Notes under the pieces: generated by a model
Databases searched by the model: none
Told to the model about the DNA's origin: nothing
What the model saw: the letters and a program-made list of their open reading frames with translations, nothing else
From: a virus
Virus record (IMG/VR): IMGVR_UViG_3300050821_005389
Coordinates: 32,001-96,000 of that record
Reading direction: 5' to 3' (one strand)
DNA: 64,000 nucleotides
Program-made: the position numbers and the translations under genes
Part shown: positions 56,108 through 64,000 of the stretch, piece by piece
How the letters are laid out: each line of letters begins with the position of its first letter
How positions within the stretch are numbered: position 1 is the first letter of the stretch

Positions 56108-57008
56108 TCGCGGTCTCCTTCTTCGGATCGATTTGTTCGTAGATGTGCTGAACTAGCCAAGGAAAACCTTTTATGGCTTTATTCATATCCAGAAACATAA
56201 TCAGCGATTCCCATTGTTCAACTGATAACGTTTGAGTCGTTTTCCCTGGATACATCTTTTTTACAAATGCCTTCATCTGATCCAGTCGGCTACCTAGCTT
56301 TTCAGACTGCTGAAATCCTGCCGCAATAAACTCGTTGTTATTAATGTACCTATCTTTGATCTGTCTGCCAAATTCCTTCTTTTGCTCTTCCGTTGGTACA
56401 GTTTCAGATACGGAAGCGGCCGGAGCCGCCGTAACTTCCTTTCCGCCAGTTTCCTCCGGCGGCTCGGCCTTGACCTCCTTGCCTGCTTCATTATTTACAA
56501 AAACACTCGGTTGTGCGGCAATATTAGATAACGGTGTCGATGATGATGCTATGTTAGTAGTCTTTTCGTGGAACTCGGTAATGTCTGAAAAGCCGCCACC
56601 TACAAATTGCAAAGTCATACGACGGCACGCCTTGGTTTGAGCAGCCATTACACAATTCGCGTGCTGCTGGCCCTTAAGTCCGAGTGTAGACACTGTACCG
56701 ATAGCCATTTCGTGACGACCGGTTTTATCATGTCCTTTTACGAGCCAGCCTACGTAGCCATCGCCGTTTACTGGTTCCATTGAGTCAACGTCTATACCCA
56801 TATTCTTTCTTATGATATCGGTGGCACCGCGATCGATACAAATCATCAAATGGCGTTTACCGTCTCCGGAGTCGTGGAGTCTTAGATTAACGGCACCGAT
56901 TTCCGGCGGTACGCTAAGAAATTCGCATACGTCTAGAACGTATTTCTGGCGCTCTTCTTCCGTTAATTTTTCAAGATCGCCTAATATTGGCACGAATTTC
57001 TTTTTCAT
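56100..57008 (-). CDS. Single-strand annealing protein (RecT/Redbeta-like)
   Basis: GDLEKLTEEERQKYVLDVC...NCVMAAQTKACRRMTL pattern, acidic linker, neighbouring helicase and nuclease. Confidence 0.6.
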   Translation of the reverse strand: MKKKFVPILGDLEKLTEEERQKYVLDVCEFLSVPPEIGAVNLRLHDSGDGKRHLMICIDRGATDIIRKNMGIDVDSMEPVNGDGYVGWLVKGHDKTGRHEMAIGTVSTLGLKGQQHANCVMAAQTKACRRMTLQFVGGGFSDITEFHEKTTNIASSSTPLSNIAAQPSVFVNNEAGKEVKAEPPEETGGKEVTAAPAASVSETVPTEEQKKEFGRQIKDRYINNNEFIAAGFQQSEKLGSRLDQMKAFVKKMYPGKTTQTLSVEQWESLIMFLDMNKAIKGFPWLVQHIYEQIDPKKETANA

Positions 57009-57148
57009 TAATCTCGTTCCATTTCGTCTATTTCAGATAGCCAATTTCCAATTCTAGCACGAATACCTTCCAGAAGCAAATCGAAGCCGAATCGAAATTC
57101 TAGGCCGAATAGAACTCCTACTGTTACTGCTATGAGTCGGATTAACAT
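57008..57148 (-). CDS. 46-aa protein with hydrophobic N-terminus, not in the ORF track
   Basis: MLIRLIAVTVGVLFGLEFRFGF... after AGGAGG; TAATG-coupled to the SSAP gene. Confidence 0.65.
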   Translation of the reverse strand: MLIRLIAVTVGVLFGLEFRFGFDLLLEGIRARIGNWLSEIDEMERD

Positions 57149-57163
57149 ATAACCTCCTAACGA

Positions 57164-57191
57164 ATCATAATACAAACGGAAAGGATGTCAA
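57164..57191 (-). promoter_or_regulatory. Sigma70-type promoter of the recombination operon
   Basis: TTGACA-N16-TATGAT on the minus strand, followed by AGGAGG. Confidence 0.7.
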
Positions 57192-57198
57192 GCTATTT

Positions 57199-59349
57199 TT
57201 ACTTTCTGTAATATTTTCCTTCGAAGCCGTCGGAAGCAAGGGGCAAACTCGGAATCCAAGCAACAAATTCCGCCATTATCCGATTCATTTCTTCTAATCC
57301 GGGTTCAAGAGGATCGTCATCCGTTTCTGTGCCTGCTTCGTCGTGTACGTGAAGCACTACCGGTAAACCAGCTTCTTCAAAGGCTAATAACTTGGTAGCT
57401 AGCACGTCTCGTGCGATCCCCTGTACGATATTTTCGAATACTTTTCCACCGTGCGATGTTATATCTTGAATCCACTGTTTAGAAACTTGATCTTGACCCG
57501 CATAACAAAGGCTTGGCTTATAGACATCCTCGCCGTCTCTTTGCCAAGGCATTTTAGTTGGCGCAACACGAGCATCTAGGTAATGAAGGAAGCGGCCGGA
57601 TGGTAGTTGGATACGAAGAATCGTCCGCGGTACTTCGTTGCACTTAAATATCAACTTGTCGAATTTAACACAGCCGTCTACGCCAACTCGGCGTTTTACT
57701 CGTTTAGTTCCGGGCTTTAATACATCCTTGATAGCGTCTTCAATCGCGTACCAAATCTGCTCGATTTCAGAAAAAGAGTGACGGAATACTTTGACGATTT
57801 TCTCAGCATCCTCGAGTGTCATTTTGATACCGTTCCGTTCGGCATAAGCCAAAAGCCCCGGAGCGCCGGCACGATAGATGCATTGTAAAACACCTACTTT
57901 ACCGAATTGGCGCCACGTTTTAGCTCGAATCTTAATAACTTCATTTTCTTTGTTATTTATGTCTCTTTCCAAAATCTCGTATACGATTCCACTAAGATCA
58001 ACGGCGAAGTAGAGATATGGATCGCGGCCTTTTGGCGGGTACTTGACGCTGTCAAAAACATCCAGAAGCGGCTGGCAACCGGCGACATGAGCACCTACTC
58101 GGGTTTCAATGGCATTCAAATCGGCGACATTTAATCGTTTACCGGGTGCTGCGATAAATGCCGTACGGATGTTATATTTTACGGTTAAAAGCACCGAACC
58201 GAACATGTCTTTGATACCTTGATAATCTTCCGCGAAAATCATCGCTCGGGCTTTCTTAACGTTGTCCTGAATTTCGAATACCTCGTTAGGGCGAGCCATG
58301 TTGTGGAGCTGAACGGCGTTTCCGGACCAACGGCCCGCTCTTGAAGATCCGAGATAAATAAATTGGTTCCGTAATCGATGATCTGGCGAAACTTGCCGAA
58401 GAATCGCCGACATTTTCTTATACGACGTAGACGAAGCAGATTTTCGAACTTCTAGAACCTGTCGGGCTAGCGGAGTTAAAGCATCGTTATTTTTTAACTG
58501 GTGCTGAACTACTTTTTCCTCGATTGTATATTCAGATTTACCTTTCTTCTTGTTTTTGGGCTTCAGACCATTGTAACCTTGAGTCAAAAGCCAATTAAGC
58601 ATTTGTTCGTTAGAATTAGAGTTTTCAAGACCGGTTAATTTGTCATTCTCTTTGATCTTTTCTTCTTTTTCTTGAGACGCTAGCTTTAAACCTTTACGTA
58701 CAAAATCCATGTCTACGAAAACGCCCCTGTCGTTGATACGTTGGTCCATTAGCCATATCTTTCTTTCAAAAGGCGGCAATGGCCAAGCGCCTAATAGTTT
58801 TTCACGGCGCATTACTTCTCGTTCAGCCAGAACATCTCGTCGGCAGTATTCTATAAATTTTAACCAATCTTCAGGATCCGTATTCCAATCTCGAAAATAA
58901 AACTCGTCCGGTTCACCTCGTTTCTTCTTACGTTTAGAAGGTTCGCTAAACTTCTCTAACAGTCGTTTTCCTTCTTTATCCTTGGCGAGTTCAGCAGGCA
59001 ACCCCAAAATTTCTCCTACGTCTTCGAGATTTTTTGGCATTGAAAGATACAAGGCGCTAGGAGATGCGTCTTCAAATCGCTCGATAGGGAGGTTTAAACC
59101 GAGTTTAAAGTTGCTTATATAACGTTCAAACGTAGAGTTAAAAGCAGCCAATTGTTGATTCGGATCTTCGAACCCCTTACGGAGTTTATCCGGCATCGAA
59201 TCGCGAATAATTTCCCATACTTCTACAGGTTCGTTATCGTATGCCCAGCCGAGAAGCAAAGGCTCTGTTTCGGGATGGTTGGCGTAATTCCAAACGCCGA
59301 CTTCTCGGAGGTCTTGGGTCGAACGACTTTCGTAGTCGATGTGGAGCAT
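57199..59349 (-). CDS. Phage DNA polymerase family A (3'-5' exonuclease + polymerase)
   Basis: HIDYES, AFNSTFER, YCRRDV, GRWSG...QLHN, ADLNAIETRV (motif A), RQFGKVGVLQCIY (B), ENIVQGIARD, HVHDE (C). Confidence 0.93.
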   Translation of the reverse strand: MLHIDYESRSTQDLREVGVWNYANHPETEPLLLGWAYDNEPVEVWEIIRDSMPDKLRKGFEDPNQQLAAFNSTFERYISNFKLGLNLPIERFEDASPSALYLSMPKNLEDVGEILGLPAELAKDKEGKRLLEKFSEPSKRKKKRGEPDEFYFRDWNTDPEDWLKFIEYCRRDVLAEREVMRREKLLGAWPLPPFERKIWLMDQRINDRGVFVDMDFVRKGLKLASQEKEEKIKENDKLTGLENSNSNEQMLNWLLTQGYNGLKPKNKKKGKSEYTIEEKVVQHQLKNNDALTPLARQVLEVRKSASSTSYKKMSAILRQVSPDHRLRNQFIYLGSSRAGRWSGNAVQLHNMARPNEVFEIQDNVKKARAMIFAEDYQGIKDMFGSVLLTVKYNIRTAFIAAPGKRLNVADLNAIETRVGAHVAGCQPLLDVFDSVKYPPKGRDPYLYFAVDLSGIVYEILERDINNKENEVIKIRAKTWRQFGKVGVLQCIYRAGAPGLLAYAERNGIKMTLEDAEKIVKVFRHSFSEIEQIWYAIEDAIKDVLKPGTKRVKRRVGVDGCVKFDKLIFKCNEVPRTILRIQLPSGRFLHYLDARVAPTKMPWQRDGEDVYKPSLCYAGQDQVSKQWIQDITSHGGKVFENIVQGIARDVLATKLLAFEEAGLPVVLHVHDEAGTETDDDPLEPGLEEMNRIMAEFVAWIPSLPLASDGFEGKYYRK

Positions 59350-61406
59350 TATTCGTCCTCATATCGTTTCGGAATTCCAACCCATTTAGCTAATCGGTTT
59401 GCTTCAGTTCGTTCTTCCCACTGAACGAGTTCTTTACTACCGGTTAGACTCTTCCAGGCCCGCTCCCATTCACCTCCGAATCGCAGATAATCCATATCCC
59501 GACACAATTCGCGATACTTTATTTTCCCGCCGGCTTGTTTGACTTCTCGAAGTATCTCCTTTTGTAATCGCCCCTGCTGGTTGTCAGCCTCAATTGGGTC
59601 TAGAAAGGTTCTCACATCGTCTCTATAAGTGACTAAAGCTTTAGCTTTCTCGACGCAATCAGTCGTAATGTAATCTTCTTCTAGGTCAACTGCGAAATAC
59701 AACGCGAGCATCTGGAGTAGTTGCATACTTCTAGGATTCATACCGCGCAAAATTTCACGCGCTTCGTCTAGATTCTCGAAACTGTAAACTTCTTTTTTAA
59801 TAGCCGCATCTAGAACTTGTCGCGTCCTTAACGCACCTAATTGACATTCCGGATCGCTATAAACTTGTGTTTCAGCCGCTACTTTTGGGCTCAATACAAA
59901 AAACAGGCGATCTTCCATGCCAGAGGCTAGACCAGCTATTTTGGCCCACTGGCGATTAAACCCTCGATCAGTAGTACACCACAGCCAGCTAAAACAATAA
60001 CTTTTGGCTGGAAATGAAAAAGAGTTCTTACTATTCAAAGTGTTATTGCCCCAGTTAGCGGAGCCGTACCAACTTAAAATGCTGCTCGCGAACGAACTAT
60101 TCTCGATACCGATCTTCGCCACACATTGCGATAGCTCGTCGTTGAAAAGTACAGCCCGACGAATACCTGATCCGCTCGTGACCGATAGCATTGTTTTGCC
60201 GAAACCTTCGGTGCTACCGGCTTGGATAATGACTATTTTACCTTCGGCGTTACGCATTCCTGAAGTGTGCGTCACCGATACTGCGGCGTACTCGAAATAT
60301 TTGTGCGCAAGCTCGCAACTGCTCCCCTTAAAGAAGTGGCCGGGCGGTGAAATTAAACCAACGAACATATTAAGGTTCACGTCCTGATTTTTTATAGAAA
60401 CTCTTCCGTACAGATAATTAAGGAATAACTGTACTGCCGGCAGAAAGATAAACTGAGGTTGCTTTGAAGACGTCTTAAGTGTCGGGGCGATGAGTCCGTC
60501 AAACAGTGACGTATTTTGGATGGCCCATAAGGGAAATACTGGGCGAGGCATTAGTCCGGCGGTTTCAATTTCCGGTGGCGCCGAAACGACTGTTTGACCG
60601 GAAGGCAAGATCATTCCGGTAGGTTTTTTAGTACCCGAGACGACTACACCTTCTTTACCAACTTCATACCGAGAAACCGATCTAGCGATGGTTTCTACTT
60701 CTGATTCCGGCAAAGGCGGCTGGCAGCGTTCTGCATTAATCCGTTGCAAGACACCTTGGATTTCTTCGTAAACCAACCCTTTGTATCGCAGCCCGCCGCC
60801 GATCGACGCCAGCGAGTCATTCCGGGCGCTTTGAGGAATAGGTTCGCTGCTATTCGCATCTGCGATTTTCTTTTTGTCTAATTTTTGGGAAATTAGCCAA
60901 TCGATTAGCCAATCCGGTGCCTCAACAATCGGACGATCTGAGATAATTTCATAAGGTTTACCCGTGGTGGGGTGGAGACTACCTGGTGAAATTACGTATT
61001 GCTCACTTACTCTAGCAGACCAGTCGTTGCCTATAACAAATCCTTGCGAAATATTCCCCATCGCAATACTTTTTGCAGATTGTTTGAAATGAAAGTGACC
61101 CTTACCGGGGCTTGATCGAACGCGGAAATAATCGGATAATTTCTTCCCAGTCTCTTCTTCCATGCGACGAATCGCTTTTGTCGAATCCACCTCCCAGAAC
61201 CAATAACCTCCGATTACAGCCTTTGCAACGGAAGCGGCATTGGCGTCGGGCGTCTCTTTTGACCACCCGGAAAGAATCGAAACATCGGTGGTAGCCAAGG
61301 CAGGCCAATTCAAATCAAACGCAATTTTAGATTGAGGACGTATTCGTATCTGTGGTTCGCCGCGCAATACCATCGGCTCGGCTATATCGTAGAAGGACAA
61401 ACCCAA
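59349..61406 (-). CDS. Primase-polymerase with PriCT domain and C-terminal helicase-like domain
   Basis: WEVDS, GHFHF, YVISPGSLHPTTG...APDWL, RNDSL...CQPPLPESEV. C-terminal SPPGHFFKGSS / STEG / FNDE; winged-helix-like end. Confidence 0.85.
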   Translation of the reverse strand: MGLSFYDIAEPMVLRGEPQIRIRPQSKIAFDLNWPALATTDVSILSGWSKETPDANAASVAKAVIGGYWFWEVDSTKAIRRMEEETGKKLSDYFRVRSSPGKGHFHFKQSAKSIAMGNISQGFVIGNDWSARVSEQYVISPGSLHPTTGKPYEIISDRPIVEAPDWLIDWLISQKLDKKKIADANSSEPIPQSARNDSLASIGGGLRYKGLVYEEIQGVLQRINAERCQPPLPESEVETIARSVSRYEVGKEGVVVSGTKKPTGMILPSGQTVVSAPPEIETAGLMPRPVFPLWAIQNTSLFDGLIAPTLKTSSKQPQFIFLPAVQLFLNYLYGRVSIKNQDVNLNMFVGLISPPGHFFKGSSCELAHKYFEYAAVSVTHTSGMRNAEGKIVIIQAGSTEGFGKTMLSVTSGSGIRRAVLFNDELSQCVAKIGIENSSFASSILSWYGSANWGNNTLNSKNSFSFPAKSYCFSWLWCTTDRGFNRQWAKIAGLASGMEDRLFFVLSPKVAAETQVYSDPECQLGALRTRQVLDAAIKKEVYSFENLDEAREILRGMNPRSMQLLQMLALYFAVDLEEDYITTDCVEKAKALVTYRDDVRTFLDPIEADNQQGRLQKEILREVKQAGGKIKYRELCRDMDYLRFGGEWERAWKSLTGSKELVQWEERTEANRLAKWVGIPKRYEDE

Positions 61407-61423
61407 AGATACTCCTTATATAG

Positions 61424-61448
61424 AAAAAGCGGATTGCTCTGAATCCGC
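61424..61448 (-). terminator. Terminator-like hairpin before the primase RBS
   Basis: Minus strand GCGGATT-CAGAGC-AATCCGC-TTTTT. Confidence 0.6.
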
Positions 61449-61505
61449 GAAGTCACGCTCTAGTAAGCCGGCGTTCGCCTGCCCCGAAGGGCATCTTGTT
61501 ACACC

Positions 61506-62069
61506 TTAAAATACGGCGTCTTCTTCTTGAGTAACGACAGGATTAGCCTGTCCTTGCACCGTTGGTTGAGCCGTAGGTGTATTTCCTACCGTAGTCGCCG
61601 CTTGTGTTTGTGCTGTTGCGGCCTTAGCTTTTGCTTCACCGTTATCTCTTACAAAACCTTCCGGAGCCTTCGGGCCTACAGCGCCTTCTGGCAAGGGAAG
61701 AATTACTTTTATATTGACGTATTCACCCTCCTTGACCAACGTTAACTCGTTGGATCGACCGATTAAAGATTCTGTATCAAACAACAAGCCCGGAGGAGTA
61801 CCGAAGACACCCTCGGCTATTTTGTAAAGATTGGAAGCTTGTTTATTTTTAAATGGGGGTGTAATTTTAGCATTTACGTCCCACATGACACGGAAAGGTC
61901 TGTTGTGAGAATCTGACCGATCTAGTACCCACACTACGCGATATCTCTGCTGCTCTACACCTTTTGCGTCAACTCTCTTACCGATATCGATACAATCGAT
62001 CACGGTTGCCAAAAAACGTCCCTGCGAAGGCCGTTCGAAAGGCTGATTTTTGTTTTCAATTATAGCCAT
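61506..62069 (-). CDS. Putative ssDNA-binding / replication protein
   Basis: OB-fold-like beta pattern, low-complexity linker, acidic-aromatic tail EEDAVF. ATG 62069 follows AAGGAG. Confidence 0.6.
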   Translation of the reverse strand: MAIIENKNQPFERPSQGRFLATVIDCIDIGKRVDAKGVEQQRYRVVWVLDRSDSHNRPFRVMWDVNAKITPPFKNKQASNLYKIAEGVFGTPPGLLFDTESLIGRSNELTLVKEGEYVNIKVILPLPEGAVGPKAPEGFVRDNGEAKAKAATAQTQAATTVGNTPTAQPTVQGQANPVVTQEEDAVF

Positions 62070-62131
62070 GTAGGCTCCTTTTGGGTTTTTTTTGTTTACT
62101 TCTTTCGGTAAAACCGAAACTTTTTCAGACA

Positions 62132-62704
62132 CTATTGAGCATTTTTTCTCTTCAGAATTTTATTTCTTTCAGCAACGCTGCAACTTTTTGTATGATCCTT
62201 GCCATAAGCCGGACATCGATCCTTTACACCTTTAGCTAAATTACACGATACGCATAATACTTGAAAACCGGCAGGATAATTGCCGTCTCGTAACTCGCGG
62301 TACAACCGCATACCAGTAACTTTCTCTCCTCGATTTGGTATGATATGATCTATAGTTAAACCTTCTAAAAAACGAATCGGGCAACCTTCACATTGACAAA
62401 ACGGAGCCCTACCTCCACAATAATAGGTCAAAACAATCAACTTCAATTTTCTATGCGAACGTGCCGTTGACTGGCTGTCTTGTAGTTTCCTAGTTTTGCG
62501 ATATTTGGCATCATAAATTTTTCTTTCTTCGCGGTGTTCCCTAAAATATTTTGCATTGTAAGCCTTTCGAATTTCTCGACGGCTTTCGCAGTACTTTTTC
62601 GAACACTTTTTACATAAACCGCCCTTGATTTCAACTACACTAGGAAAAGATATCTCCAAAGTGTGCTTTCTTTTACACCAAGGGCATCTACCGGATCGCG
62701 CCAT
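62132..62704 (-). CDS. HNH endonuclease-like protein
   Basis: CPWC...CKKC, basic helix, CQCEGC...LTIDHI...FQVLCVSCNLAKG. Confidence 0.8.
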   Translation of the reverse strand: MARSGRCPWCKRKHTLEISFPSVVEIKGGLCKKCSKKYCESRREIRKAYNAKYFREHREERKIYDAKYRKTRKLQDSQSTARSHRKLKLIVLTYYCGGRAPFCQCEGCPIRFLEGLTIDHIIPNRGEKVTGMRLYRELRDGNYPAGFQVLCVSCNLAKGVKDRCPAYGKDHTKSCSVAERNKILKRKNAQ

Positions 62705-63430
62705 TTAGTCATACCAGAGCCTTTCTAAAAGTATTTCAGGAGGAGCCACGCTAACGTTAAACGGTGCCGCTGAAATTTCTGTTTCTTTATCTAATTCCTT
62801 TACTGCCTTCCACCATATTCTCAAATTGCTAGACCACCGAAATTTTCTTTTCTTGGCTAGCTCATTATCTTCGCGCTTTTGTTGGGACAACAAAACGATT
62901 GTAGGACTCGCAGCCCGCTCAAATACTTTCGGAACGTCTTCAATTTCCAACAATTTCAGAACAGACTGGCAATCAGCAATAGCGGAATGAGGTGCAAAAT
63001 TGATCCACCCGTTATCACATAACATATAGCCGAGATGTTTTCCCTCAGTCTTTAATAGATCGGTTCTGGTATCAATCCACAATCGATCGATTAACTTTTT
63101 GTTTTCTCTCTTGCACCAGTTCTCTAAAACTCTCTTATCAAATCTTACCACATTCTGACCTATAAAAGCATCCGCTTGCGCGGCCATTTTTAGGATAACA
63201 TCTATGGCATCACTCGGCTCGCGTCCAAATTCCTCAATAGCCTTTTGCGAAATCCCCGTAAGACGCACGACTTCTTCCGGAATTATTTTATCGGTTCGAA
63301 CTAAAAACCCCAAGGACTCAAGACATCGTTTTTGTGTCGTATCGAAAAGAATTAATCCTACTTCAATGACGCGATCTTCTACGACATTTAATCCCGAAGT
63401 TTCGAAGTCCAGCGCGAGCAAAATAGACAT
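62705..63430 (-). CDS. DnaQ-like DEDDh 3'-5' exonuclease with C-terminal small domain
   Basis: LDFETSG, GQNVVRFDK, WIDT, HSAIADC; tail ELAKKRKFRWS...WWK. Confidence 0.9.
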   Translation of the reverse strand: MSILLALDFETSGLNVVEDRVIEVGLILFDTTQKRCLESLGFLVRTDKIIPEEVVRLTGISQKAIEEFGREPSDAIDVILKMAAQADAFIGQNVVRFDKRVLENWCKRENKKLIDRLWIDTRTDLLKTEGKHLGYMLCDNGWINFAPHSAIADCQSVLKLLEIEDVPKVFERAASPTIVLLSQQKREDNELAKKRKFRWSSNLRIWWKAVKELDKETEISAAPFNVSVAPPEILLERLWYD

Positions 63431-63744
63431 TATGAAAAAATATCCTCCGGCTCATCAACCATTCTAGTCGTGGTCGTAGTTAAATGCGTCGCAAGGGTCA
63501 GCGGAACAAATATTCTGAGATCCATCGTTTCAACGTCGTCTTGAAGCACTTTATTGGTATCCTTCAAAAAGACGAACCCACCTTGCCGCCCAAACGTAAT
63601 AATCTGCTTATCTACTTCCGCCCGTAGTTCTTGAATGTTATTGACATTATTGTACGACGCAACATTCAAAACTGGATTCGGCCAGTCGGGGGGCTTCAGG
63701 GCTTCGATCAAATGTAGCTTATACGTTACGAGATATTCAGCCAA
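63430..63744 (-). CDS. Hypothetical protein
   Basis: 104 aa, TAATG-coupled to the exonuclease. Confidence 0.55.
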   Translation of the reverse strand: MAEYLVTYKLHLIEALKPPDWPNPVLNVASYNNVNNIQELRAEVDKQIITFGRQGGFVFLKDTNKVLQDDVETMDLRIFVPLTLATHLTTTTTRMVDEPEDIFS

Positions 63745-63748
63745 ATTT

Positions 63749-64000
63749 TTATCCCTTAAATTGAAGTCCTCGTCCCGCCTTCAACGCCTTCGTAGCATCT
63801 TCCGCTGCTTTAGCGTTCGCCGCAGCCGCCGCCAAAGTATTGGCGCCTTCCGGCACCAAAATGCTCTTACGCTCTTGCGGCGTGAAAAAGTCTGCTTCTA
63901 TGGCATCTAGCCGGCATTTATCGCTGCAAAGCACAAACGTCTGACCAGTGACAACCTGCTGAACTAGTGTTGCGGTTTTTACCCACGGGTGACTTTCTAA
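63749..64000 (-). CDS. Hypothetical protein, 5' end outside window
   Basis: Frame is open from the window edge (LESHPWVKTATLVQQ...LCSDKC...). Confidence 0.55.
   Translation of the reverse strand, partial: LESHPWVKTATLVQQVVTGQTFVLCSDKCRLDAIEADFFTPQERKSILVPEGANTLAAAAANAKAAEDATKALKAGRGLQFKG

Noticed and set aside
61424-61493. Self-cleaving ribozyme in the primase leader
   Set aside because: No hammerhead core (CUGANGA/GAAA) or other recognisable ribozyme consensus found by eye; kept only as a structured leader.
1-64000. Alternative genetic code, diversity-generating retroelement, integrase/att sites, tRNAs
   Set aside because: Long ORFs tile both arms in the standard code; no reverse transcriptase, recombinase or tRNA cloverleaf was seen by eye.

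Overview
This 64 kb window reads as part of a large tailed-phage genome with short-tailed (podovirus-type) virion architecture, arranged as two convergent arms that meet at 25600-25603. The + arm (1-25603) has the end of an rmlB-like gene, a beta-helix tailspike, two paralogous head-tail adaptors and a nozzle-like protein with nested Trp-rich repeats. It continues with an HNH insertion, a fibre-like protein ending in a Hint (intein-like) domain, and ejection proteins ending in a lytic transglycosylase. It ends with two glycosyltransferases, a single-domain ClpB-like ATPase and a block of FN3-like/fibre genes. The - arm (25600-64000) has replication and recombination genes (DnaQ-like exonuclease, primase-helicase, PolA, SSAP, UvrD, PD-(D/E)xK nuclease). 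It also has a 13 kb, 15-gene glycan biosynthesis island, a GH108 endolysin and a 2638-aa secreted multidomain protein. The strongest candidates for undescribed biology are: (1) a phage-encoded heptose/deoxysugar/O-methyl glycan pathway with GT10, GT11, GT31 and GT12-like transferases; (2) FN3 modules lacking their first strand alongside proteins ending in a free 'PPTxL' strand, suggesting donor-strand assembly; (3) a Hint-domain virion protein; (4) a twin-hairpin kissing-loop RNA covering an HNH ribosome-binding site. All family calls come from motif recognition by eye; no database searches were run. No integrase, capsid, terminase, tRNA, rRNA or CRISPR array was seen in the window.
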